In this document: positions 27,573-38,160 of the stretch, piece by piece
Layout of the letters: each line of letters opens with the position of its first letter
Numbering within the stretch: position 1 is the stretch's first letter
Origin: Tissierellales bacterium
Lineage (GTDB): Bacteria; Bacillota; Clostridia; Tissierellales; VENL01
Length of the DNA stretch: 64,000 bases
Direction of reading: 5' to 3'
Assembly (NCBI GenBank): GCA_028280805.1
Contig: JANQLB010000053.1
Coordinates: 1,372 to 65,371 of the forward strand
Made by a program: the position numbers and the translations under genes
The notes under the pieces: generated by a model
Seen by the model: only the letters and a program-made list of their open reading frames with translations
Databases searched by the model: none
Told to the model about the DNA's origin: nothing

Positions 27573-28100
27573 TTATTTTTCAAAAACAATTTTTAGTTCT
27601 CCAAATATAGTATTAGTTTCGATGTTTAATACAGGTACTTGACGATCATCTGTTTTGTTGATTTCGTAAGTAGAATCACCAAAGAAATTAGTTTGATTCT
27701 CGGGAGTTCTTGTAGTTCCAAATATTGTATTTGCTTCAACATTTATGGGAGTATCAGGGTTAATCTTTAAAACAGTTGACCCAAATATAACATTAACCTC
27801 TATTGGATTTGTAAAATTTTCTGGGTTTAACGTAGATAAATCAATAACTCCACTTCCAAATATAACATTGTATTCATCAGTGTTTTCACCATGATTAATT
27901 GTTCCACTGCTAAAAATTAAATTGTTTTCTCGATTGTAAAAACTGTTTCCAAATAACAGATTAAGACCAAACAGAATAATAACTATACCAAAAACTACTC
28001 TAGTAATGTTTATATTTACATTAAAATAGCTTTTTGCAATAAAAAGTATTCCTGCTAATATAAATAAAGCTCCTATTGTAAAAGAAGTAAATAATTTCAT
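27573..28100 (-). CDS. membrane protein with LiaF-like C-terminal beta-repeat domain
   Basis: Two N-terminal TM helices are followed by four N(V/T)IFG repeats, as in LiaF/DUF2154-type domains. Start at MKLFT behind AGAGGGTGA. Confidence 0.5.
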   Translation of the reverse strand: MKLFTSFTIGALFILAGILFIAKSYFNVNINITRVVFGIVIILFGLNLLFGNSFYNRENNLIFSSGTINHGENTDEYNVIFGSGVIDLSTLNPENFTNPIEVNVIFGSTVLKINPDTPINVEANTIFGTTRTPENQTNFFGDSTYEINKTDDRQVPVLNIETNTIFGELKIVFEK

Positions 28101-28235
28101 ATAAATCACCCTCTTTAATTATTTAATTTTATTATACCAAATTTTACTTAAAAATTAAACAATAACCTCTTAAACTTATATAAATATTTCTTATTATTGT
28201 AACTATTAAAAATATTCTAAATACTAAATCTATCT

Positions 28236-29018
28236 TTAGATATGTCTATTAGAATTTGTTATATATTTAAACAGCTGCTTTGATAGATTCAATATCTTAT
28301 CATTATCTATGGAGTTAAAAAATTTCACTTGTGTATCGTTATTGTTTTTATGAATTAATAAACCTAATGTAAGAAGGGTATCTTTTAAATGTCTCGCAGT
28401 TCCTTCATTTCCGTCAACTAAATCTATTTCTTTCCCTATCACTTCTTGTATCATATCTCGTAAAAAAATAAAATGAGTACATCCTAAAACTACAAAGCCT
28501 ACTTGGCTCATATTTATATCACAAAAATAGTGTTGTATTTGTTGTTTTACCATATTACTGTTTATATCTCCACTTTCAACTATTTCAACCAATTCTGGAG
28601 CGGGTACTTTTATTACTTTTTCATTAGCATGTAATTTGTTAACTAAATTTTCAAATTTTTTTTCAGCCAATGTTATCGGTGTTGCTAATACTACAATTTT
28701 TTTATCTGTAGAGATTTCTATTGCAGGTTTTATTGCAGGCTCCATTCCTATTATAGGTATACTATATTTATTTCTTAGAATTTTTATGGAAGCACTTGTG
28801 GCTGTATTACATGCAATCACAATTGCCTTAACTCCCTTTGAAATAAGAAAATCACAAGCATTAATAGACAGCTTAGTTATTTCTTCCACAGTTTTAGTTC
28901 CATAAGGAGCATTATTTGAATCTCCGTAATATATATAATTTTCGTTAGGCATTAACTTGATTAATTCTGATAAAACACTGATTCCTCCCATACCTGAATC
29001 AAATACTCCTATAGACAT
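28236..29018 (-). CDS. murI: glutamate racemase
   Basis: IGVFDSGMGGISV, ACNTATS and GCTHF motifs. Start set at MSIGVF behind GAAGGAGAA; the ORF track starts at 29039. Confidence 0.92.
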   Translation of the reverse strand: MSIGVFDSGMGGISVLSELIKLMPNENYIYYGDSNNAPYGTKTVEEITKLSINACDFLISKGVKAIVIACNTATSASIKILRNKYSIPIIGMEPAIKPAIEISTDKKIVVLATPITLAEKKFENLVNKLHANEKVIKVPAPELVEIVESGDINSNMVKQQIQHYFCDINMSQVGFVVLGCTHFIFLRDMIQEVIGKEIDLVDGNEGTARHLKDTLLTLGLLIHKNNNDTQVKFFNSIDNDKILNLSKQLFKYITNSNRHI

Positions 29019-29251
29019 TTTAAAGTCATTCTCCTTCAATTTAATTCCTCACTTTCTAGTTATATATACAAAGTTTCAAAAATTTTAATATTATAGGTTT
29101 ATAACCTTTCATAGTAATATAGTAAGCTAGTACTATTATTATCTTTGCCACACTTCTAAATTTTCATAATATATGCTTAACCTTTATATATCTGAGTACT
29201 TATATATTCTTTTTACAAACAATAATTCCTTTATTAATTATATATGGTGAC

Positions 29252-29280
29252 TAAAAAACTATAGAGAATATTCCCTATAG
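29252..29280 (-). terminator. intrinsic terminator of the TPR gene
   Basis: Minus strand CTATAGGG-aatatt-CTCTATAG is followed by TTTTTTAG. Confidence 0.6.
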
Positions 29281-29291
29281 CCTAAAAAGTG

Positions 29292-30224
29292 TTATATTTT
29301 TAGTAATTCAATAAAATCCATATCATTTCTAAGTGATTGAAAATCTTCATCCTCTTTTATAATATCTACAAATCTTGGATATAGTCTTATAGCAGTTCTT
29401 AAATCATTAATAACCCTATCTTTTTCTTCTAATTTAGCATAACAGCATGCTCGGTTATAATAAAGAAATTCTGCATCAGAATTAAAGTTAATTCCTTCTG
29501 TTAAAGTATCTATTGCTAAGTAATATTCTTTTCTTTCAATATATATTACGGATTTATTAAGATAAGCATATGCGTATCTATTATTAGCTATAATTGATCT
29601 ATCGTAATAAAAAACAGCTTCTTTTTCATTGCCGAGCTTCTTCATAACGACTCCCTTATTAAATAATGCTTTATAGTAATTAGGATTAATTTTCAAGCTG
29701 TTTTCCAGCATTTCCAATGCCTTTTCATACTGATTTAATTCCTCATATATCGCTCCTAAATTATTATAAGCAATAAAATCATTATCAACAAGCTCTATAA
29801 CCTTATTATAATATTTTACAGCTTTTTCTTTCTGCCCTTTTTCATCATAGATATTAGCAGTATAAAAATATGCACGATCATATCCTTCGTCAATTTCAAT
29901 AGCTTTATTATAATATTTGAGTGCTAAATCTTTTTTACCCTTATCATCGTAAATAATTGCTATGCCGTAATATGCTCCTGCTTCTTCATCACTTACTTTA
30001 ATAATCTCTTGATAAATCTTAAATGCTTCTTCTCTGTTATTAATTTCGTCATAAATAATAGCAATATTATATAGAATATTAATTGTTTCTGCTTTTTTAC
30101 CGTTAAATTGTAATGCTTTGTTATAAAATTTCAAAGCCTTTTTCTGATCATTAGCAATTATTGCGTTTTCAGCTAATATTATATAGTTTTTTCTTCTATT
30201 AGTATCACTTAAATTTTTGTCCAT
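29292..30224 (-). CDS. tetratricopeptide-repeat protein
   Basis: 310 aa made of about 8 consecutive 34-aa repeats with the A..YY.KA....P....A motif. Confidence 0.8.
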   Translation of the reverse strand: MDKNLSDTNRRKNYIILAENAIIANDQKKALKFYNKALQFNGKKAETINILYNIAIIYDEINNREEAFKIYQEIIKVSDEEAGAYYGIAIIYDDKGKKDLALKYYNKAIEIDEGYDRAYFYTANIYDEKGQKEKAVKYYNKVIELVDNDFIAYNNLGAIYEELNQYEKALEMLENSLKINPNYYKALFNKGVVMKKLGNEKEAVFYYDRSIIANNRYAYAYLNKSVIYIERKEYYLAIDTLTEGINFNSDAEFLYYNRACCYAKLEEKDRVINDLRTAIRLYPRFVDIIKEDEDFQSLRNDMDFIELLKI

Positions 30225-30483
30225 AAAAATAACACCTCTAAAATATATTTATTGTGTATAATCGTTTTTGTATTTTTTATAGCTATGTTAATTGTAGTAC
30301 GTTTTTGTTAATTTGTCTATTAAAGTATAGTTTTTATTATATTTATTTTTATACCTAAAAATTTGGTTTTTAATTATTATTTAAGAAATAAAAAGATAAT
30401 TGCACTAAAAAATTACCGCTTTTAAAATATATTGCTTACAATCCTAATATCTCTCTTTACTATAAGTTTAAAAATACCCTGAT

Positions 30484-30528
30484 AACACAAATAAGCGTTC
30501 AGATTTAGTTAAGATTAAACCTGAACGC
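30484..30528 (-). terminator. intrinsic terminator of glnS
   Basis: Minus strand GCGTTCAG..loop..CTGAACGC is followed by TTATTTGTG. Confidence 0.6.
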
Positions 30529-30539
30529 GTAGTCTTATT

Positions 30540-32219
30540 TTATTTTGTTCCCTTTTTCCAAGAACTCTTCAACGGAACTATCCTGTTAAATACTAGCTTT
30601 TCATCAGTTGTATCTTTGGAATCAATACAAAAATATCCATGTCTTAAGAACTGAAATTTATCTTCTTTATTAAATTGACTAACATAAGGCTCGACATAGC
30701 AGTCTTTTAATATTATTAAAGAATCCGGATTAATGTTTTCTTTCCAGTCTTTAACATCCGAATCATTATCTGATAATAGATTGTTATATAAACGAACTTC
30801 TACATTCACTGCCTCATTAGCTGCAACCCAATGTATAGTACCTTTTGGCTTTCGTTCATTAAATCCTGTTCCGCTCTTTGTCTGCGGATCATAGGTACAA
30901 CGCAGCTCTAAAATTTCTCCTGTATCAGAATCCTTTATTACTTCTTCACATTTAATAAAGTAAGCATGTTTAAGTCTTACTTCAACTCCCGGAGAAAGTC
31001 TGCGGTATTTTTTTTGCGGATTTTCCATAAAATCTTCTCGTTCAATGTACAATACTTTAGAAAAAGGTATTTTTCTAGAACCCAGTTTCTCATTATCACT
31101 GTTATTATCTGCGTCCAGCCATTCGACTGCATCTTCAGAATAGTTTGTAATTACTACTTTAAGAGGTTTAAGAACAGACATAACACAAGGAACTTTAGTC
31201 TTTAAATCTTCTCTTATACTATGCTCAAGCATAGCTATATCTACTTCGCTTGTATTTTTTGATACACCTATTTCATTTAAGAAATTTTTAATAGCTTCCG
31301 GAGTATATCCCCTTCTTTTCATTCCTCTTAAAGTTGGCATTCTAGGATCATCCCACCCGTCTACATATCTGCCTTCAACTAATTCTCTTAAGTATCTCTT
31401 ACTGGTTCTAACACCTCTTATACTCATTCTTCCAAATTCTCTTTGTTTAGGTGGATTTTTAAATTCTAATTCATTAAGAAACCATTCATATAATGGTCTA
31501 TTGTTTATAAATTCTGATGAACATAGAGAATGAGTTATAAATTCTATAGCATCTTGCAGAGGATGTGCAAAATCATACATAGGATAGATACACCATTTAT
31601 CACCTGTTTTATAGTGATGTGCGTATTGGATTCTATATATTACGGGGTCTCTTAAGCTTATATTGGGAGATTTCATATCTATCTTAGCTCTTAATACTTT
31701 TTCTCCTTCTTTAAATTCACCATTTCTCATTTTCTCAAAAAGCTCAAGATTTTCTTGTACTGAGCGGTTTCTGTAGGGGCTGTCTTTTCCGGGTTCAGTT
31801 AAAGTTCCTCTATATTCTCTTATTTCATCCGGGCTAAGATCACATACAAAAGCTTTGCCTTTTTTAATTAACTGTACTGCATACTCATAAGTTTTATCGA
31901 AATAATCAGACCCGAAATATAACCTGTCCTCCCAGTCAAATCCCATCCACTGCATATCTTCCTGAATAACCGTAACAAATTCTATGTTTTCTTTTGTCGG
32001 ATTGGTATCATCAAATCTAAGGTTAAACTTACCATTATACTTCTGTGCCCTACTATGACTTATATTAATAGCATAGGCATTTCCAATGTGTAAATATCCA
32101 TTGGGTTCTGGCGGAAATCTTGTGTGTACTCTATTGCCATACACTCCTTCTTCAATATCTTTTTCAATAATTCTGTCAATAAAATTTGATTTAATAGTGT
32201 TATTACCTTCAGAACTCAT
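30540..32219 (-). CDS. glnS: glutamine--tRNA ligase
   Basis: Class I HIGH ([12 protein letters not shown]) and KMSKS-like (RGVRTSKR) motifs; GlnRS-type sequence throughout. Start at MSSEGN behind AAAGGAGGG; the ORF-track 5' extension to 32303 is rejected. Confidence 0.92.
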   Translation of the reverse strand: MSSEGNNTIKSNFIDRIIEKDIEEGVYGNRVHTRFPPEPNGYLHIGNAYAINISHSRAQKYNGKFNLRFDDTNPTKENIEFVTVIQEDMQWMGFDWEDRLYFGSDYFDKTYEYAVQLIKKGKAFVCDLSPDEIREYRGTLTEPGKDSPYRNRSVQENLELFEKMRNGEFKEGEKVLRAKIDMKSPNISLRDPVIYRIQYAHHYKTGDKWCIYPMYDFAHPLQDAIEFITHSLCSSEFINNRPLYEWFLNELEFKNPPKQREFGRMSIRGVRTSKRYLRELVEGRYVDGWDDPRMPTLRGMKRRGYTPEAIKNFLNEIGVSKNTSEVDIAMLEHSIREDLKTKVPCVMSVLKPLKVVITNYSEDAVEWLDADNNSDNEKLGSRKIPFSKVLYIEREDFMENPQKKYRRLSPGVEVRLKHAYFIKCEEVIKDSDTGEILELRCTYDPQTKSGTGFNERKPKGTIHWVAANEAVNVEVRLYNNLLSDNDSDVKDWKENINPDSLIILKDCYVEPYVSQFNKEDKFQFLRHGYFCIDSKDTTDEKLVFNRIVPLKSSWKKGTK

Positions 32220-32287
32220 AAAAACCCTCCTTTTACATAATTTCATCTTATAATCACAATTAGTGATTTTAGTTTTCTTGCAATCAA

Positions 32288-32333
32288 TACTATAAAGCCC
32301 CACGGACTCACTGTATTAGCGACTCCGCAGGGC
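32288..32333 (-). terminator. GC-rich terminator-like hairpin between nrdG and glnS (attenuator of the glnS leader or terminator of nrdDG)
   Basis: Minus strand GCCCTGCGGAGTC-11 nt-GAGTCCGTGGGGC is a 13-bp stem with 1 mismatch and 2 G-U pairs, followed by TTTATAGTATT. Confidence 0.55.
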
Positions 32334-32414
32334 CAATTAGCTACGTGTAGGATTATCTCCCTGTACCGCTCACAATTACACAAAGCTTAATTGCTCACTC
32401 ACTAGGTTATAAAC

Positions 32415-32443
32415 ATTTTATGAAAAGAAAATAGATTTGTCAA
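32415..32443 (-). promoter_or_regulatory. putative sigma-A promoter upstream of the glnS leader
   Basis: Minus strand TTGACA (32438-32443), a 17-nt spacer, then TAAAAT (32415-32420). Confidence 0.45.
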
Positions 32444-32498
32444 TATATAATTTTATTATTAATATTTTATGTGTTTAAATTAAAATTATTATAAAACT

Positions 32499-33188
32499 TT
32501 AGAAATTTCGCATTTTAAATTCCGAAAAGTAGTTGTTTATAGTGTTACAGACTTTTTCTAAAGCATTTTTATTGTATGGAGTAAGATTATTTTTTCCGGC
32601 TAAAACTGTTTCCCCGTCTTTAAAGTTTTGAATTATATATCTCTTTGAACCTTTTATTTCACGTGAAATATCAACAATGTCCTCTAATTTTAATAATTCT
32701 TTGCAAATTGTAGTTCTAAACTCATAATCTATATTAGAATTCATGATAATAGCTATGCTTTGTTTAATATCACCATAGTCTAAATCTGATTTAGTTACAG
32801 TCTTATACTTTTTTAATGGTGCTTTTATATCCATAGCTACGTAGTCTAATAGTCCTTCGGATGTTAATTTGCTAAGGATAAGAGGATTAGTTCCATTTGT
32901 ATCAAGCTTAATTAGGTAGCCCATCTCTCTAACCTTTAATATAAATTCATAAAGTCCATCTTGAAGAGTAGGCTCTCCTCCGGATATACAAACTGCATCT
33001 AACATCTTTTTTCTTTTATTTAAAAATTCAAATATATAATCATGTGATATATTCTCTCCACAATTATTTACAATCGAACTGTTGTGGCAATAGGGACATC
33101 GAAAATTACATCCGCCTGAAAATAATATAGTTGATATTTTATTGGGATAATCTATAAACGAGGATTTTATATGTCCTTTAAAAATCAT
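32499..33188 (-). CDS. nrdG: anaerobic ribonucleoside-triphosphate reductase activating protein
   Basis: Radical-SAM CNFRCPYCHN motif. Lies immediately downstream of nrdD. Confidence 0.9.
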   Translation of the reverse strand: MIFKGHIKSSFIDYPNKISTILFSGGCNFRCPYCHNSSIVNNCGENISHDYIFEFLNKRKKMLDAVCISGGEPTLQDGLYEFILKVREMGYLIKLDTNGTNPLILSKLTSEGLLDYVAMDIKAPLKKYKTVTKSDLDYGDIKQSIAIIMNSNIDYEFRTTICKELLKLEDIVDISREIKGSKRYIIQNFKDGETVLAGKNNLTPYNKNALEKVCNTINNYFSEFKMRNF

Positions 33189-33201
33189 GCTGCCACCTCA
33201 A

Positions 33202-35325
33202 TCAGGCAGTCTGTTTTGTTTTATTTTTACTATTGTCTTTTAAACTCACTTCAGTGTCAAATTCTACTCTATCGTTATATTCAGCTTTTTTCCCCAGATT
33301 CCAAGATTGCACCGGTCTATGGAAACCTACTACTCTAGTCCATACTTCTGTTGGATTTCCACAGTCAGGACATTTAAGCTGTTCTCCTTTTAAATAACCA
33401 TGCTCTAAACATATACTATATGTAGGCGTAATTGTAAAATAAGGCATTTTGTTACTTTCAAATACTCTTTTAATTAAAATTTTAACTGTTTCTGCATTGT
33501 CTATTTCTTCACCTATAAAACCATGAAACACTGTTCCCCCGGTATATAAAGTTTGAAGACTTTCTTGAAGTTCTACAGCCTCAAATATATCTTTAGTGTG
33601 TCCCACGGGTAATTGTGTAGAATTTGTATAATAAGGCTGTTCTTCACCTTGAGTTATGATATTAGGATACATTCTCTTATCCATTCTCGCAAATCTATAT
33701 GCAGCTCCCTCAGCAGGAGAAGCCTCTAGATTCCATAAACTTCCTGTTTCTTCCTGAAATATTTGAATAACTCTATTCATGAACTGCATGATTTCAACTG
33801 AAAATTCACTTCCTTCTTCAGTAGTTATATCTTTTCCTAAGAAGTTTAAACATGCCTCATTCATACCATTTAGCCCTATAGTATTAAAATGGTTTTTATA
33901 AAATTCTCCTTCTCCATCTTTTATGCCCTGTAAGTAAAATTTAGAATAAGGATATAAGCCTGCTTCCATATATTTCTCTAAGACATATCTTTTACTCCTG
34001 CATATTAGTTTGGCTTTTTCCATCAAATCCCTTACTTTTGATTTAAATTCTTCTTTAGTCTTTGATAAATAACCAATTCGAGCCATATTTAGAGTAACAA
34101 CGTTTATACTCCCTGTTAACGGGTTAGCTCCAAATAGTCCGCCACCCCTTCTTCTTAGCTCTCTATTATCTAATCTAAGCCTACAGCACATGCTTCTAAC
34201 ATCTTCAGGATTCATATCACTATTGATGAAGTTTGCAAAGTATGGTGTTCCAAACTTTCTAGTCATCTCCATAATAGAATTTACAACATCAGAGTTCCAT
34301 GGAAAATCCTTAGTAATATTTATAGTAGGAATAGGGAAGCTAAAGCTTCTACCAGCACCATCTCCCTCCATCATCACCTCACAGAATGCCCTGTTAAACA
34401 TATCCATCTGTTCCTGGAAGTCTCCATATGTCTTATCCATTGGCTTACCTCCAATAATAACACTGCTGTTTTTTAGCATAGGATGAGGAGTTATGTCTAA
34501 AGTTATGTTAGTAAAAGGTGTCTGGAAACCAACCCTTGTAGGAATATTTAAATTAAATACAAATGTCTGCACGGCTTTTTTAACCTGTTCATAGTTTAAG
34601 TCATCGTAATAAATAAATGGTGCTGTATATGTGTCTAATGAGCTAACTGCCTGAGCTCCTGCTGCTTCACCCTGCAAAGTATAAAGCCAGTTTACAATCT
34701 GCCCTAAAAAAGATTGAAGATGGCTTGCCGGTTTAGACTCTACTTTACCTAATGCTCCTTTAAATCCATTTAATAGCAGTGCCTCTAGATCCCATCCACA
34801 GCAATATGGAGCTAATAGACCTAAATCATGAATATGTAAATCCCCGTTAATATGAGCAATACGTAAGTCTTTATCATATATTTTATTTAACCAATATTTT
34901 TTGGTTATAGATTCTACTATATGATTATTTAAACCTTGAAGACTAAAACCCATATTAGCATTTTCATAAATTTTCCAATCATCTAAGGAAACATATTCAT
35001 CAATTAGACCCTCAGCATCCATAAAAAGATTTCTTGCATTCCTTAATTCTTCATGCTTTTTCCTGTATAGTATGTAAGCCTTGGCTGTCTTAGCGTGACC
35101 TTCTTCTATAAGAACCTTTTCTACTATGTCTTGTATATCCTCTACAGTGGGAATACCAACTCCATAAGCTTCTTTTAAGATGTTTGAAACCATATTAGCT
35201 AATCTTTGAGACTCTTCCCTATCATCTCCTCCAACAGAATTGGCTGCTGCAAATATAGCATCTTCAATTTTCGTTATATCAAAATCTACTATGTCACCGT
35301 TTCTTTTTTGAACTCTATTAACCAA
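33202..35325 (-). CDS. nrdD: anaerobic ribonucleoside-triphosphate reductase
   Basis: 707 aa with an ATP-cone N-terminus, a C-terminal CPDCG Zn ribbon and the glycyl-radical motif RVVGF. TTG start behind AGAGGGGATGA. Confidence 0.92.
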   Translation of the reverse strand: MVNRVQKRNGDIVDFDITKIEDAIFAAANSVGGDDREESQRLANMVSNILKEAYGVGIPTVEDIQDIVEKVLIEEGHAKTAKAYILYRKKHEELRNARNLFMDAEGLIDEYVSLDDWKIYENANMGFSLQGLNNHIVESITKKYWLNKIYDKDLRIAHINGDLHIHDLGLLAPYCCGWDLEALLLNGFKGALGKVESKPASHLQSFLGQIVNWLYTLQGEAAGAQAVSSLDTYTAPFIYYDDLNYEQVKKAVQTFVFNLNIPTRVGFQTPFTNITLDITPHPMLKNSSVIIGGKPMDKTYGDFQEQMDMFNRAFCEVMMEGDGAGRSFSFPIPTINITKDFPWNSDVVNSIMEMTRKFGTPYFANFINSDMNPEDVRSMCCRLRLDNRELRRRGGGLFGANPLTGSINVVTLNMARIGYLSKTKEEFKSKVRDLMEKAKLICRSKRYVLEKYMEAGLYPYSKFYLQGIKDGEGEFYKNHFNTIGLNGMNEACLNFLGKDITTEEGSEFSVEIMQFMNRVIQIFQEETGSLWNLEASPAEGAAYRFARMDKRMYPNIITQGEEQPYYTNSTQLPVGHTKDIFEAVELQESLQTLYTGGTVFHGFIGEEIDNAETVKILIKRVFESNKMPYFTITPTYSICLEHGYLKGEQLKCPDCGNPTEVWTRVVGFHRPVQSWNLGKKAEYNDRVEFDTEVSLKDNSKNKTKQTA

Positions 35326-35564
35326 GTTATCATCCCCTCTATATTGTGGTATAAGTATAATATATACATATATGTTGTATATAATTCATATATATCCATT
35401 TTAAATTAAATAAATCTTAAGTTCAAATTTGAAATTTTTCTTCTGGTCATTATATACAAGCTTAAGTCTATTAAACTATAAAATACTATCTTTTTTATAT
35501 TTTTTAAAATTTTAATTTTATAAAACTGCACATATTTCGATGAGGATAAAATTACTTATTTGTC

Positions 35565-37007
35565 TTAATATGCCTTTTTATCCAAATAATAAAGCACCAA
35601 TTTTATAACTTCTTTAATTCTATCTTTATCTATATTCTCAATTGTATCTCTTGGAGTATGGTATCCACTTTCTTTATCTAAATGTATTAATAATACCGAC
35701 TCAATATCACTATAACAAAACGGAGCATGATCACTAGCTTGAGAGAAGTGTTTTTTACTATTGATTCCTAAATATCCTGCATATTTATATAATTCATCTC
35801 TTAGATTATTACCATTTTTATTTGCAGTAGATATGTAAAGCGGTACTTTACGTTTTGAACCAACCATATCCAAATTAATAACTATTGTATTTTCTAAAGG
35901 ATATAACGGATTATTAACATAATGTCTAGAACCAAAGAGACCTTCTTCTTCACCATTAAATCCTATAAATATAATAGTTTTTTTAGGCTTAACTTTGTTT
36001 ATGTTTAAAATTCTGGCTATTTCCATCACACATGCTGCTCCAGACGCATTGTCTAATGCTCCCGGATTATATGTGCCGTTTTTGTTATCTCCAAGATGGT
36101 CTAAATGACCACAAATAATTATATATTCATCTTTAAGATCTTTATCTGTTCCCTGAATAACTCCAATTACATTAGGAACTTCTAATTTTCGGCATAAATA
36201 ATCTATACTAAGTCTTACTGTAGCCTGAATTTTAGCTTTCTCTGCTATATCATTAAACTTCTGCGGATTAAAATAGGCACATATTGGTTTATTACTTAAC
36301 GTTTTATTGTTAATCGGGTGTGGAGATAACGGCATAAAATTCCTTTCTATGATAGCACCCTTTATATCCATATCGGAATGTGAAATTTGTTTTAAAAAAT
36401 TTGATATCCCTATTTTGTCTACTGTCTCTTTAGAGATAACCAGAATTTTATCTTTTATTTTTTCATTATTTTTATTTATTTGACCCGCATCATTTATATA
36501 ATACATTTTTCCTTCAATACTGCCGCTAAGCGATAAATTGTTATTTATAACGGGATTAAAATCTTTTAAATACTCATATTCAGTTATTACACTGCCATTT
36601 TTATCAATGATCTGTAAGGCAGCTACGTTGTTAGTTATTTTAACTGATTGTGGAAAATACTGCTTGTAATCTTTGATTCCTTTAGGATTTTCCAGTCCAA
36701 TTTCTTTAAAGTAATCTACCATATATTTAACTGCTAATTCATTGCCTTCTGTTCCTACAAGCCTTCCTTTATATTTTTTAGATGACAGTTCTTTAATTAT
36801 ATCCATTACATTATCTGTATTTATCAAATCTTCATCTAGGTTAGTAAATCCCAGTACATTTTCAGAACCGTATTTATTAAACCGGTTAGCTTGAGTATTA
36901 TTTATACTTGTATCAGATTCTTGTTCTATTAGTTTATCAGAGCTGCATCCAATGAGTAATGAGAATGACAGTAGTATAACTAATAAAATATTTAATATTC
37001 TTTTCAA
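35565..37007 (-). CDS. M28-family aminopeptidase lipoprotein
   Basis: Lipobox LLIGC, plus metal-ligand regions HLDHLG, NGEEEGLFGS and the typical DNASG. TTG start behind AGGAGG. Confidence 0.82.
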   Translation of the reverse strand: MKRILNILLVILLSFSLLIGCSSDKLIEQESDTSINNTQANRFNKYGSENVLGFTNLDEDLINTDNVMDIIKELSSKKYKGRLVGTEGNELAVKYMVDYFKEIGLENPKGIKDYKQYFPQSVKITNNVAALQIIDKNGSVITEYEYLKDFNPVINNNLSLSGSIEGKMYYINDAGQINKNNEKIKDKILVISKETVDKIGISNFLKQISHSDMDIKGAIIERNFMPLSPHPINNKTLSNKPICAYFNPQKFNDIAEKAKIQATVRLSIDYLCRKLEVPNVIGVIQGTDKDLKDEYIIICGHLDHLGDNKNGTYNPGALDNASGAACVMEIARILNINKVKPKKTIIFIGFNGEEEGLFGSRHYVNNPLYPLENTIVINLDMVGSKRKVPLYISTANKNGNNLRDELYKYAGYLGINSKKHFSQASDHAPFCYSDIESVLLIHLDKESGYHTPRDTIENIDKDRIKEVIKLVLYYLDKKAY

Positions 37008-37338
37008 TTTTTATGCCTCCTATTTGATATAAAGTAAAATATAGTTTTCTCTATTACATAATAATATTCTGTGAAAATTAAAGAAATTTAAAACTAAAAT
37101 ATTATTATTTGCTAAACGACTTGTGTATATTTTTTCATCTATATTTTTTATTATAAGATTGAATCCCTATATATAATATGAATTTTCTAAGTAAAAAGCA
37201 GAGTTATTATTCTTAAAATATTCTTTTTGGTATTTTATAATTTGAATAAAAAAGCATTTCCGAGTAAAATAAGTATAAGAACAGATTTATACCCTTAAAA
37301 ATACTGATGATTTAGTGTAAAGCATAAGGAGGATTAAT

Positions 37339-38160
37339 ATGAAGAAGGTATTAACTATAGCAGGCTCTGACAGTAGCGGCGGTGCAGGTATTCAGGCAGA
37401 TTTAAAAACTTTCTCGGCTCATGGAGTGTTTGGAATGAGTGTAATTACAGCAGTTACTGCACAAAACACTCAGAAAGTCTTAGATGTAGAGGATATGTCA
37501 TGTGATATAATAGCAAAGCAGATTGATGCAATTTTTACGGACATAGATGTAGATGCAGTAAAGATTGGAATGGTCTCTAAAATCGAAACAATAAATACTA
37601 TTGCTAAAAAGCTTAATGAGTATAAACCGCAAAATGTAGTTGTTGATCCTGTTATGGTTTCAAAAAGCGGGTATCATTTATTACAGTCTAAAGCAAAAGA
37701 AGCTTTAATTAATAAGCTCATTCCTTTAGCTACAGTTGTAACTCCTAATATACCGGAAGCTGAAGTAATAACAGGGATGTCTATAAGGAACTTAAAGGAT
37801 ATGGAAAAAGCCGGCAGATTAATATATGATTTAGGTGCTGAAAATGTACTTATTAAAGGAGGGCATCTAGAAAACGAAGCTACAGATATACTCTATAATG
37901 GTAAAAAATTTGAATACTTCAATTCAAAAAGGATTAAAACTAAGAATACTCATGGAACAGGCTGTACTTTATCGTCAGCTATAGCTTCTAACTTAGCTAG
38001 AGAATTTACAATAATTCAGGCTATTTCAAAAGCAAAGGAATATATTAATACAGCTATCCAACATTCTTTATCTATTGGAAAGGGTGTCGGACCTACTAAT
38101 CATTTCTATGAATTATATAAAAAATCAGGAATATTAGAGAAGGAGAAATTAAATGGATAA
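37339..38160 (+). CDS. thiD: hydroxymethylpyrimidine/phosphomethylpyrimidine kinase
   Basis: VLTIAGSDSSGGAGIQADLKT and HGTGCTLSSAIA motifs. Confidence 0.92.
   Translation: MKKVLTIAGSDSSGGAGIQADLKTFSAHGVFGMSVITAVTAQNTQKVLDVEDMSCDIIAKQIDAIFTDIDVDAVKIGMVSKIETINTIAKKLNEYKPQNVVVDPVMVSKSGYHLLQSKAKEALINKLIPLATVVTPNIPEAEVITGMSIRNLKDMEKAGRLIYDLGAENVLIKGGHLENEATDILYNGKKFEYFNSKRIKTKNTHGTGCTLSSAIASNLAREFTIIQAISKAKEYINTAIQHSLSIGKGVGPTNHFYELYKKSGILEKEKLNG

Noticed and set aside
32220-32425. T-box riboswitch upstream of glnS.
   Set aside because: It was expected for a Firmicute aaRS gene. I could not find the conserved T-box sequence, the Stem I K-turn/AG-bay/distal-loop motifs or an obvious specifier loop, and the leader is too short. 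It is kept only as an unclassified hairpin or attenuator.
35336-35376. NrdR boxes upstream of nrdD (ACATATATGT at 35366-35375 and CTCTATATTGTG at 35337-35348).
   Set aside because: Matches to the acaCwAtATaTwGtgt consensus are weak in this A/T background. The centre-to-centre distance is about 28 bp rather than about 31-32 bp. The proximal site overlaps the SD rather than a promoter.
37008-37338. TPP (THI-box) riboswitch upstream of thiD-thiE.
   Set aside because: I scanned both strands for the conserved CTGAGA and ACCTGATCTGGATAATGCCAGCG-like elements. None is present, and the region is almost pure A/T with no G+C-rich helices.
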